A DNA stretch of 10,333 bases from Candidatus Methylomirabilis sp. (lineage in GTDB: Bacteria > Methylomirabilota > Methylomirabilia > Methylomirabilales > Methylomirabilaceae). Location of the stretch: the NCBI GenBank assembly GCA_041498975.1, contig JBGQJI010000090.1, forward strand, positions 1-10,333, in the 5' to 3' direction. Positions 1-6,610 of this stretch are shown here, in pieces; positions within the stretch are counted from its first letter, which is position 1; each line of letters opens with the position of its first letter. The notes beneath the pieces were generated by a model. The model was given only the letters and a program-made list of their open reading frames with translations, was not told the DNA's origin and did not search any database. The position numbers were made by a program, and so were the translations under genes.

Positions 1-1506
1 CTCGATATGCTCGCCACGTTTGCTCAGGAGGGTCTGCACGGGCGTCCACAGGGCATACTCGCCCAGAAGGTCGGTCAGCGTCCGGAGCAACGTGCTCTTG
101 CCATTGGCCCCGATCCCATGCAGAAGAAACCACACCTGCATCGCCGTGCGTCCCGTGAGGGTGTACCCGATTGCTCGCTGGAGAAACGCGATCAACTCCA
201 CACAGTCGTTGAGAATGCGGCGCAGGAATCGCTCCCACGTTGGAGCCTTGGCATGTGGATCGTAGGCGACCGGCGCCAGCTTCGTGATGAGGTCCTTCCT
301 CCGGTGCGGCAGCAGTGACCCCGTTCGCAAATCCAACGTCCCGTTCGCCACGGTCAATAACATGGGATCGAGGTCGAACTCCTCAGGACGCACGATCAGT
401 TCTGGCTCGCTCTGGGCCACGCTCAGGAGGGCGCGGAGTTTACTGTCCGCCTCGCAGCGTGCCGCATGCTGGGCGAGCGCCTTCCGCTGTCTCTCGTCTT
501 CGCACCCGCTGGCTTCTCGATAGACAGATCGGATCGTGTCTTTGGCCCGCCGAAATGGCTCGCCGGTGTCGTCCCGTTGCCAGCGCCGTCCGTCCCAGGT
601 GACCCACGCCCGCCACGCGAAGCAGTAGCGGAGGTCGCGGCCGTGCAAGGCGACGAGCCGCCGGGCGTTGCCCAGGTCGGTCAAGTGTTCGGGTTCGGCG
701 CCACCCGTCCCGCTGGGCTCATAGCGGGCTACACTCTCGGCGATTTCTCGCACCTCACGCTCCGCTAACAGCGGGCGGCATCGTTGAGTGTTCACCGCAG
801 TGAGGCCCGCGAAGATTTCATCAGCGGTCATCCCGCGCCGTCGCATAGACCCGGCCAGGGAGGTTAAGGTGTTATTGCGCTGCCCACCGCCAATGATCGT
901 ATCCGTGGCTGCGTGGGTGCTTGCTTCGCCACGTTGTCTCTCTTGTTGGTGAATGAGTTCGACAACGGCGTCAGGGAGCGGAGCAAAAACCCCGAATGGG
1001 TGGTCAGGGTCCTCTCGATACCCTGGCGTGGGCGGGACGACGACGAGTCCGTTGACCAACACGTCCACGCCGCAGGTTTTTCCTTTCTTCCACCCGCAGG
1101 GGTGCACTTCCTGGGCAAGCCGGATCTTTCGCTTGAGACCATTCACATTGTCTGGCGGGCTGAAGTAGCGATGGGGGAATCCGGATTGACTATAATTGGT
1201 CGAGGTCTCAGGGAGTGTGATCCCCGTCGCCTCCCATGCCGCCTCCGCGTGCGGTCCGTCGAAATCGACCACGACGATCGGCGAGAACGGATGGGTCAGG
1301 AGCGCGACACCATGTGGGGGCACCGCGAACAGCGATCGGATGTCCTGGGCCGACTGGCCGTCGCGCAGCCATCGGGCCTGAAACTCTTCCTTCCACTTGA
1401 CGGTCGGGGTTTTGTCCTTTGTCACTGGCAGGACGGCGAAGCCCTGCTCATGGTAGAGCATCGCCGCTTCAAAGATCTGATCGCGGGAGGCGTCGTCGAG
1501 GCTCAT
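1..1506 (-). CDS. Bifunctional primase/polymerase (Prim-Pol) + PriCT-1 + D5_N + SF3 helicase, P4-family phage/plasmid primase (partial, 3' end outside window)
   Basis: Translated by hand; absent from the ORF track because it has no stop. The ATG at 1506 overlaps the xis stop (ATGA) and the frame stays open for 502 codons to position 1. Motifs: YHEQGFAVLPV..KTP..W, VVVDFD, SQSGFPHRYF, GVDV..VVVPP (AEP Prim-Pol); GQRNNTLTSLAGSMRRRG..EREVREIAESV (PriCT-1); TDLGNARRL..WVTWDGRRW..DPMLLTVANGTLDLRTG (D5_N); APTWERFL..LQRAIGYTLTG..LHGIGANGKST (SF3 Walker A). Confidence 0.93.
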   Translation of the reverse strand, partial: MSLDDASRDQIFEAAMLYHEQGFAVLPVTKDKTPTVKWKEEFQARWLRDGQSAQDIRSLFAVPPHGVALLTHPFSPIVVVDFDGPHAEAAWEATGITLPETSTNYSQSGFPHRYFSPPDNVNGLKRKIRLAQEVHPCGWKKGKTCGVDVLVNGLVVVPPTPGYREDPDHPFGVFAPLPDAVVELIHQQERQRGEASTHAATDTIIGGGQRNNTLTSLAGSMRRRGMTADEIFAGLTAVNTQRCRPLLAEREVREIAESVARYEPSGTGGAEPEHLTDLGNARRLVALHGRDLRYCFAWRAWVTWDGRRWQRDDTGEPFRRAKDTIRSVYREASGCEDERQRKALAQHAARCEADSKLRALLSVAQSEPELIVRPEEFDLDPMLLTVANGTLDLRTGSLLPHRRKDLITKLAPVAYDPHAKAPTWERFLRRILNDCVELIAFLQRAIGYTLTGRTAMQVWFLLHGIGANGKSTLLRTLTDLLGEYALWTPVQTLLSKRGEHIE

Positions 1507-1739
1507 CGCTGCGAGCCACCGGCCCGCTCGCCCTCGCGGGCCTTCCCGCCCTGTCTGAGCGCTCGTTCCGCGAGCAGTCGCTCAACGCTCACTCGCGTAT
1601 ACACCCTGACGCCAGCCGTGCCGACGCGGAATGCCTTCAGTTTTCCACGCTCTTCGAGCTGCCGGACCCGTCCTGACGTCACGTCGAGCAAACGCGCCAC
1701 GTCTGAGCTAAGTAGAAAATCCGTTCGTGTCTCCACCAC
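1503..1739 (-). CDS. Excisionase/AlpA-like helix-turn-helix protein (HTH_17/MerR-like), 78 aa
   Basis: LLSSDVARLLDVTSGRVRQLEERGKLKAFRVG..RVYTRVSVERLL matches the Xis-type winged-HTH pattern. A strong SD (AGGAGG) lies just upstream of the GTG, and the gene is translationally coupled to the primase. Confidence 0.85.
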   Translation of the reverse strand: MVETRTDFLLSSDVARLLDVTSGRVRQLEERGKLKAFRVGTAGVRVYTRVSVERLLAERALRQGGKAREGERAGGSQR

Positions 1740-1787
1740 CCGTCCTCCTGTGTTCGGATTCTCTCTGGAGCATAGGGTGGAAGAGTT

Positions 1788-1839
1788 ATTAGAGGAAGGG
1801 GCAATTGATAGTCAATCGAGGCAAACTGGCGGGCAAACT
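1788..1839 (-). promoter_or_regulatory. Putative sigma70 promoter for xis-primase operon with operator-like repeats
   Basis: TTGACT (1815-1810), 16-nt spacer, TCTAAT (1793-1788). The palindrome ATTGA-CTA-TCAAT (1804-1816) overlaps the -35, and the direct repeat GGCAAACT occurs at 1820-1827 and 1832-1839. Confidence 0.5.
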
Positions 1840-1879
1840 TGGTATTTGTACCTGTCGGGTCGTGGGTGGTCAGGTCTGG

Positions 1880-2545
1880 CTAGAGAAAAACGCTTTGGTG
1901 TAGGCGCGTGACGATTTCCCTATTGTCTCTGTTCACCCGCCTGACACGGTCGCGCAACTCGTCGGGACCATGTCCCTTCTCCGTGTCCATCTTGAACTTG
2001 TTCGGTGCGACCTCATGCAGAAGTGTGAGCGCCCACTCGTAATGGGCGCGGCGAAATCGGCGCTTGAACTCCTCAACGAGCACCGCTGCCAGAATGTTCT
2101 CTTTCGTCGGCCCACGCCCACTGCGCCGCAATGACTGATCCTTCATGTCTGTGATCGAGTCACCTATCTGCTTGATCCGTCGGTGAATCTGTAGCCACTC
2201 CATGTGGTCTTCGAGCCGAGTGAGCGAGGCGTGGCAGCTCCTGGAAAGCGTGTCTTCAATCTGCTCGCCTTTGAGGTGGTGCAGAAGTGTCTGCAGGCTC
2301 TTGGCCGCTCGCTTGAGCGCGTCTTGTGCAGGGCGAGACATCACGCGCAGTGGTCGCAGCGGATTCAACCCTTGCTTGATCTGGCGTTCACGCAGGGTCC
2401 AGAGGAAGGCTCGTAGGCGAGCGGCCTCACCGCCGTGTTTGACGTAGTGATCGAGGATTGGTTGACTGGGCTTTGATTGCAAAAAGCCGCAATAGTCGCG
2501 CCACTTCCGCCGTAGGTAGGCATTGCTGTGCAGGTTGTATAACAT
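1880..2545 (-). CDS. Hypothetical protein of the island, 221 aa, basic and helical; possible DNA-binding regulator
   Basis: Long ORF with a purine-rich SD (AGGGGA) before the ATG, co-oriented with neighbours and directly upstream of xis. No family recognised. Confidence 0.7.
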   Translation of the reverse strand: MLYNLHSNAYLRRKWRDYCGFLQSKPSQPILDHYVKHGGEAARLRAFLWTLRERQIKQGLNPLRPLRVMSRPAQDALKRAAKSLQTLLHHLKGEQIEDTLSRSCHASLTRLEDHMEWLQIHRRIKQIGDSITDMKDQSLRRSGRGPTKENILAAVLVEEFKRRFRRAHYEWALTLLHEVAPNKFKMDTEKGHGPDELRDRVRRVNRDNREIVTRLHQSVFL

Positions 2546-2574
2546 GGCTTCCCCTGTCGAAGCCCCTGAAGGGA

Positions 2575-2629
2575 TCGCCCGGCCAGGCCGTCAGGAGCGG
2601 CTTTTCGGGTGCGACCCTAGGCCAGGCGA
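2575..2629 (-). ncRNA. Structured three-way-junction RNA, int-alpA-motif-like candidate
   Basis: A 10-bp closing stem UCGCCUGGCC/GGCCGGGCGA encloses hairpin GGGU-CGC-ACCC, a GAAAA linker and hairpin GCCG-CUCCUGA-CGGC. It sits in an intergenic region of the island upstream of the hypothetical and xis/alpA genes. The family assignment is from recollection, not from a search. Confidence 0.6.
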
Positions 2630-2653
2630 AACACTGTGAGACTCCAGCTCAGG

Positions 2654-3010
2654 CTACCGTCCGATCCTCCCGTAGCCAGCGCGGCTCCCATCCGCGTTGT
2701 AGAAGTTCACGGAGCCGCTCCCAATCACGCCGTAGCCGATGTGACGGGAGCCGCTGTCATAGAGTTCAATCGTCCCGCCGCTCACGCGGCCGTATCCCAC
2801 ATGCTGGCCGCCACGATCACAGAACTCGACGGTCTGTGATCCGCCCCCCCTTGGCGCGATTTGGGAGGCGTCAAGGTGCAGCGTCCCGTCCATCAACTGC
2901 TGATACGTCCTATCGCGCCATGCAGCAAATCCACAGGCGGAAACGAGGAGGCACCCTGTCACGAGGATCCCGATACCCCTGCTCAACCTGAACGACCGTT
3001 CACTGGCCAT
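2654..3010 (-). CDS. Small putative lipoprotein/exported protein with three 20-aa beta-hairpin-like repeats
   Basis: Basic N-terminus, hydrophobic stretch and lipobox-like VTGC20/VSAC26. C-terminal repeats: TVEFCDRGGQHVGYGRVSGG / TIELYDSGSRHIGYGVIGSG / SVNFYNADGSRAGYGRIGR. Confidence 0.7.
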   Translation of the reverse strand: MASERSFRLSRGIGILVTGCLLVSACGFAAWRDRTYQQLMDGTLHLDASQIAPRGGGSQTVEFCDRGGQHVGYGRVSGGTIELYDSGSRHIGYGVIGSGSVNFYNADGSRAGYGRIGR

Positions 3011-3084
3011 GTACTGTCTATAGCCCGTTCAAATTCATTCAAATTGACGTAGAGAGGTTCAACCAGCAAACCTGCATCGAGCCC

Positions 3085-3135
3085 AAGAAAAATGGGAGCT
3101 TCCCGCATTTTGGGACACTTGCGGAGGCTCCCATT
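3085..3135 (-). terminator. Imperfect inverted repeat with U-tract (terminator-like and/or att junction)
   Basis: Minus strand reads AATGGGAGC-CT-CCGCA [12-nt loop] TGCGG-GAA-GCTCCCATT followed by TTTCTT. Confidence 0.65.
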
Positions 3136-3143
3136 GTCGCCTT
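3118..3143 (-). ncRNA. 5' fragment of a putative tRNA group I intron (P1 internal guide and 5' strand of P2)
   Basis: After anticodon CCU the sequence is AAGGCGACAAU-GGGAG-CCUCCGCAAG. GGGAG (3132-3128) can pair with exon UUCCU, giving the diagnostic U·G at the splice site. The layout parallels bacterial tRNA introns (guide followed by a CCU.. P2 stem). No catalytic core follows. Confidence 0.6.
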
Positions 3144-3180
3144 AGGAAACCCTTGCTCTATCCATCTGAGCTACGGGCGC
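3144..3180 (-). tRNA. tRNA-Arg(CCU), 5' half only (through anticodon)
   Basis: GCGCCCG-TA-GCTC-AGATGGATA-GAGC-A-AGGGT-TT-CCT gives an acceptor 5' strand, a complete D arm with GG and A20 (Arg identity element), and the anticodon stem 5' strand. The expected ACCCT strand, T arm and acceptor 3' strand are absent from the window. Confidence 0.88.
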
Positions 3181-3210
3181 CAGGATCTCTGCGTTGAACA
3201 AAGGCACTGA

Positions 3211-3735
3211 TCAGAATTGGATGAGCGAGAAGACCTCGTGATCTTTCAACCGGTCCCTTCCCTGTAGGAACAGCAGCTCAACCAAGAATGCCACCCCCGC
3301 CACCGTGCCGCCGAGGCCCGTGATCAGATCGATAGCGGCGGCCATGGTGCCGCCCGTGGCCAGCAAGTCATCTGCCATCAGGATCCGTTGATTCGGCAGG
3401 ACGGCGTCCTGGTGGATCTCGAGGGTGTCGGAGCCATACTCCAGGGCATACGTGGTGCTATGGGTTTTGTACGGAAGTTTCCCCGGCTTCCGGATCAACG
3501 TGGTGCCCGCGTGGAGCTTGTAGGCCAATGCTGCAGCGATGATGAACCCTCTCGCCTCGACACCAACCACGAGATCGATGCCCCGGTCGGAAAACCGTTC
3601 GGCAATCTGGTCAATGGCTGCACGGAAGGCCTTGCCGTCCGCGAGCAACGGCGTGATATCCTTGAAGAGGATGCCCTTTTGGGGAAAGTCTGGGATGTCC
3701 CGGATCTTCTCTTTCAGCCCTTCGATGGGGAGAAT
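3211..3735 (-). CDS. apt: Adenine phosphoribosyltransferase
   Basis: Motifs [42 protein letters not shown] and the PRPP-binding motif [10 protein letters not shown]. The start is uncertain: placed at an ATT 7 nt after SD AGGGAGG, since the ORF-track ATG at 3843 overlaps the upstream gene. Confidence 0.96.
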   Translation of the reverse strand: MLPIEGLKEKIRDIPDFPQKGILFKDITPLLADGKAFRAAIDQIAERFSDRGIDLVVGVEARGFIIAAALAYKLHAGTTLIRKPGKLPYKTHSTTYALEYGSDTLEIHQDAVLPNQRILMADDLLATGGTMAAAIDLITGLGGTVAGVAFLVELLFLQGRDRLKDHEVFSLIQF

Positions 3736-3754
3736 GGCTTTCCCTCCCTGGTGG

Positions 3755-4252
3755 TCAGGCCGTGGGCCGCGGTCGGGGCGAGTCGCCAGCCGGCAAGCGT
3801 GAGATGGCGGCAAAGGCCTGGTCAACGGCATCTTCTGGATCATGGGCTTGGATCATTTGGGGATCGTGATACGTCGTCTTGAGCCCGATGACAGGCACGC
3901 CCAGCTGAAGCGAAAACGCGATCTCAGAGAGGGTCCCGTACCTGCCCTCGATGGCCATCACCGCCTGAGACGACCGAACCACCACCAGGTTCCTGGCCAG
4001 GCTCAGGCCCGTCACGACCGGAATGTCCACGAAGGCATTCGCTTCATCCGGCCTGGCGCCGGGCAGGATCCCAACGGTGGTCCCTCCGGCCGCCTTCGCC
4101 CCCTTGCAGGCACCTTCCATCACGCCCCCGAGGCCCCCACAGATCAGGATGGCGCCTCGGCGACCGATCCCCTCCCCTACCCGCTCTGCCAGTCGATAGA
4201 TCTCCCGAGAGCAGCGTCCTGAGCCGATCACGCCGATTCTGGCGTTTCGCAC
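3755..4252 (-). CDS. TIGR00725-like / LOG-SLOG family Rossmann-fold nucleotide-binding protein
   Basis: [54 protein letters not shown]. Start placed at GTG 4252; the ORF is open to 4336. Confidence 0.88.
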   Translation of the reverse strand: MRNARIGVIGSGRCSREIYRLAERVGEGIGRRGAILICGGLGGVMEGACKGAKAAGGTTVGILPGARPDEANAFVDIPVVTGLSLARNLVVVRSSQAVMAIEGRYGTLSEIAFSLQLGVPVIGLKTTYHDPQMIQAHDPEDAVDQAFAAISRLPAGDSPRPRPTA

Positions 4253-4369
4253 CACCGTCCCGTGGATGGTAGGTGAAGGAAAGAGCCGCGCATGACTTGT
4301 CTCTCCTTCGTCTCGAACCTCACGCACTTTCGCCAACGAACCCCATTGCTAGGCGAGACATGAATATGT

Positions 4370-4447
<78 letters not shown>

Positions 4448-4449
4448 CG

Positions 4450-5094
4450 TCAAACCTTCCACCCCTGCTGCCCGACCAACTTGACGAATGTGCAATTTAC
4501 GAGGTCGGTCCAGATGATGTCTGCCCCTTTCTTCATGCCTTTCTTCAGGACCTGCTGCTCGATCTGGCCCACAGGCACCACGAGGCGACCATCCTCGCCG
4601 AGTTGCTCCGCGAGGCCCATCGGGACCTGTGGAGCGCCCGCGCTGACGAGAATGGCGTCGAATGGCGCCATCTCCTTCCACCCGACGGAGCCGTCCCCAA
4701 CCCGAATCAGGACGTTGTAGTAGCCGAGCGATCCCAGACGCTCCCTCGCGCGCAGCGCGAACGACTGGATCCGCTCGACAGAGTAGACCTTGGCGGCCAG
4801 TTCGGCCAGGATCGCCGTCTGATACCCTGACCCGGTGCCGACCTCCAGGACCCGGTCATGTTCTTCCAGCTCGAGCGCCTCGGTCATGAGGGCGACCATG
4901 AACGGTTGAGAGATCGTCTGCTTCTGACCAATGGGCAGCGGGGAATCCCCGTAGGCCCTCCCCCAGAGGGCCTCCTCCAGGAAGAGATGCCTGTGCACCT
5001 TCGCCATGGCCTGCAGCACCTTCGCGCTCTTGATGCCTCGCTCCAGCAACTGCTCGGCCACCATCCGCTGTCGGGCGACAGCGAAATCCGTCAT
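4450..5094 (-). CDS. pcm: Protein-L-isoaspartate(D-aspartate) O-methyltransferase
   Basis: [49 protein letters not shown]; located downstream of surE as is usual. Confidence 0.96.
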   Translation of the reverse strand: MTDFAVARQRMVAEQLLERGIKSAKVLQAMAKVHRHLFLEEALWGRAYGDSPLPIGQKQTISQPFMVALMTEALELEEHDRVLEVGTGSGYQTAILAELAAKVYSVERIQSFALRARERLGSLGYYNVLIRVGDGSVGWKEMAPFDAILVSAGAPQVPMGLAEQLGEDGRLVVPVGQIEQQVLKKGMKKGADIIWTDLVNCTFVKLVGQQGWKV

Positions 5095-5135
5095 GAAGCT
5101 GCCAAACTGCCCTTCATAGGCCCCAATGACATCCT

Positions 5136-5164
5136 ACTATACCATGGCGCCTTCATGCTGTGAA
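5136..5164 (-). promoter_or_regulatory. Putative sigma70 promoter for pcm
   Basis: TTCACA, 17-nt spacer, TATAGT with an extended -10 TG, in the surE-pcm gap. Confidence 0.6.
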
Positions 5165-5179
5165 GAATGAGTGGGCGGA

Positions 5180-5998
5180 TCACCCGGTCGCGCTTCGCTT
5201 CCTCCGCGTGCGGGGCTGTGAACGCCGTGGCTTGTCCGCCTCCCCCCACGCCCCCCAGGGGAATTCCCAGCGCCGCACCTCTTCGAGGGCCCTCGGGTTG
5301 GTGAGGTCCAGGTGAAGGGGCGTGATCGAAATACACCCCGCCATCACCGCGGCATAGTCGCTCTCTTCCGATGGTTCCCACGTGGGCTCCTTTCCCCCGA
5401 TCCAGTAGTAGGCCTTACCACGAGGATCCACTTTCTTCACGATGATATCGTCGTAGTGCCGCCTGCCCTGTTGAGTGATCGCCACCCCCTTGATCTCTGA
5501 GGGGCGGAGATTCGGGACGTTCACGTTCAGCAAGGTGTCGTTCGGCAGGCCGTTTTTCGCGATCAGTTGCGCGAGCGTGACGGCGATCCCGGCTGCGGCG
5601 GTGAAATCGACCCGCCGCTCAGCCGCAACAGAAATGGCAAAGGCGGGAAGGCCGAGCAGCGTGGCCTCGAAGGCGGCGGAGACCGTCCCGGAGTAGGTCA
5701 CATCATCGCCCATGTTCGCCCCGAGATTGATGCCAGAGGCGACCAGATCGAACTTTCGTTTGGTCATGCCCATGACTGCCAGGGCGACGCAATCGGTCGG
5801 CGTCCCGTCAACGGTGTACCAGGTCGGACCAACCTTGGTGACCCGAAGCGGTCGATTCAACGTCAGCGAATGGCTTGCCGCACTCCGCTCACGATCAGGC
5901 GCCACGACCCACACCTCACCAAGGCTGGATAGGGCGTCCGCGAGCACACGGAGGCCGCGAGCGTGAATGCCATCATCGTTCGACACCAGGATGTTCAT
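5180..5998 (-). CDS. surE: 5'/3'-nucleotidase SurE
   Basis: Begins MNILVSNDDG; contains VVAPDRERSAASHS, DGTPTDCV, SGINLGANMG..YSGTVSAA, SITPLHLDLT. The ORF-track extension to 6118 overlaps a tRNA and is rejected. Confidence 0.97.
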   Translation of the reverse strand: MNILVSNDDGIHARGLRVLADALSSLGEVWVVAPDRERSAASHSLTLNRPLRVTKVGPTWYTVDGTPTDCVALAVMGMTKRKFDLVASGINLGANMGDDVTYSGTVSAAFEATLLGLPAFAISVAAERRVDFTAAAGIAVTLAQLIAKNGLPNDTLLNVNVPNLRPSEIKGVAITQQGRRHYDDIIVKKVDPRGKAYYWIGGKEPTWEPSEESDYAAVMAGCISITPLHLDLTNPRALEEVRRWEFPWGAWGEADKPRRSQPRTRRKRSATG

Positions 5999-6007
5999 CG
6001 GTGACCC

Positions 6008-6036
6008 AAAAAAAAGAGCAGATGCGATATCTGCCC
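6008..6036 (-). terminator. Intrinsic terminator downstream of tRNA-Pro(GGG)
   Basis: Stem GGGCAGAT / ATCTGCTC (8 bp including one G·U) with a 5-nt loop, followed by T8. Confidence 0.7.
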
Positions 6037-6073
6037 GCGAGTGCGCGTCACACGCCGATGAGGAGGAGGGAAT

Positions 6074-6150
6074 TGGTCGGGGCGATTGGATTTGAACCAA
6101 CGACCCCTGGCCCCCCATGCCAGTGCGCTACCAGGCTGCGCCACGCCCCG
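6074..6150 (-). tRNA. tRNA-Pro(GGG)
   Basis: Complete 77-nt cloverleaf, anticodon arm CTGGC-AT-GGG-GG-GCCAG, encoded CCA. This is the familiar position after an IHF/HU-MerR pair. Confidence 0.97.
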
Positions 6151-6169
6151 AATATGCGCGGTCCTCACG

Positions 6170-6580
6170 TTAGGGGGAAGGTCTGCGCAATAATGAGGAG
6201 ATATCCTTCAACTCGTCCTTGATCCGTTGCAGGGAATCCAGCACCGTCGGCGCGAGAGGGCCCTGCTCCGCCGCAAGACGACGCCTGGCGCCGGCGATGG
6301 TGAATCGCTGCCGGTAGAGTAACTCCTTGATGCGCAGGACAGCCAGGACGTCATTGCGTCTGTACAGGCGCTGGCCGCTACGGCTTTTGGCCGGACGGAG
6401 GGTGCCGAACTCCGTCTCCCAATAGCGGAGGATGTACGGTTGGACCCCGGTCAGCTCAGCGACCTCTCCGATCTTGAAGTAGAGCTTATCCGGGACCTCG
6501 ACCGTGTCGCCAAGGCGGGAGCCGGGCTTTTGTGGGGCCCGAGCCTTCGATCGCGCCAACCTCACCCGTCCGCTCGGCAC
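6170..6580 (-). CDS. MerR-family HTH transcriptional regulator (ihfA-associated type)
   Basis: [50 protein letters not shown]. The start is uncertain (GTG 6580 after a GGAGG run; ORF open to 6601). Confidence 0.92.
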   Translation of the reverse strand: MPSGRVRLARSKARAPQKPGSRLGDTVEVPDKLYFKIGEVAELTGVQPYILRYWETEFGTLRPAKSRSGQRLYRRNDVLAVLRIKELLYRQRFTIAGARRRLAAEQGPLAPTVLDSLQRIKDELKDISSLLRRPSP

Positions 6581-6610
6581 GACCCCTCCCTCCTCCACCA
6601 AGCGGGCTAG

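Larger units (their letters stand above)
1..3117 (-). mobile_element. Integrative element (phage-satellite/PICI/P4-like island), right-hand end; extends beyond left edge of window
   Basis: Primase-helicase, Xis/AlpA-like HTH and hypothetical genes are all co-oriented and abut a truncated tRNA-Arg gene, where housekeeping synteny ends abruptly. No integrase or second att site is in the window, and the boundary is approximate. Confidence 0.8.

Noticed and set aside
225..255. Possible frameshift in the primase near APTWERFL
   Set aside because: Re-reading gives GCT CCA ACG TGG GAG in frame; the ORF is continuous from 1506 to 1.
913..1911. 332-aa plus-strand ORF
   Set aside because: Antisense shadow of the primase and xis genes, with no recognisable motifs. 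The same applies to the other plus-strand ORFs in 7-768.
3044..3072. Plus-strand promoter (TTGACG) firing antisense into the tRNA fragment
   Set aside because: No credible -10 element at 16-18 nt spacing.
3001..3117. Complete compact group I intron (AAAATGCGGGAAGC resembles a P4 'P' element)
   Set aside because: No matching Q, R/P7 or S segments and no 3' exon follow. The sequence is better explained as the inverted-repeat arm.
5091..5381. 96-aa minus-strand ORF bridging surE and pcm
   Set aside because: It overlaps surE out of frame and crosses the pcm promoter; no motifs.
5999..6118. N-terminal extension of SurE in the ORF track
   Set aside because: It overlaps tRNA-Pro(GGG) and a terminator; the family N-terminus starts at MNILVSNDDG.
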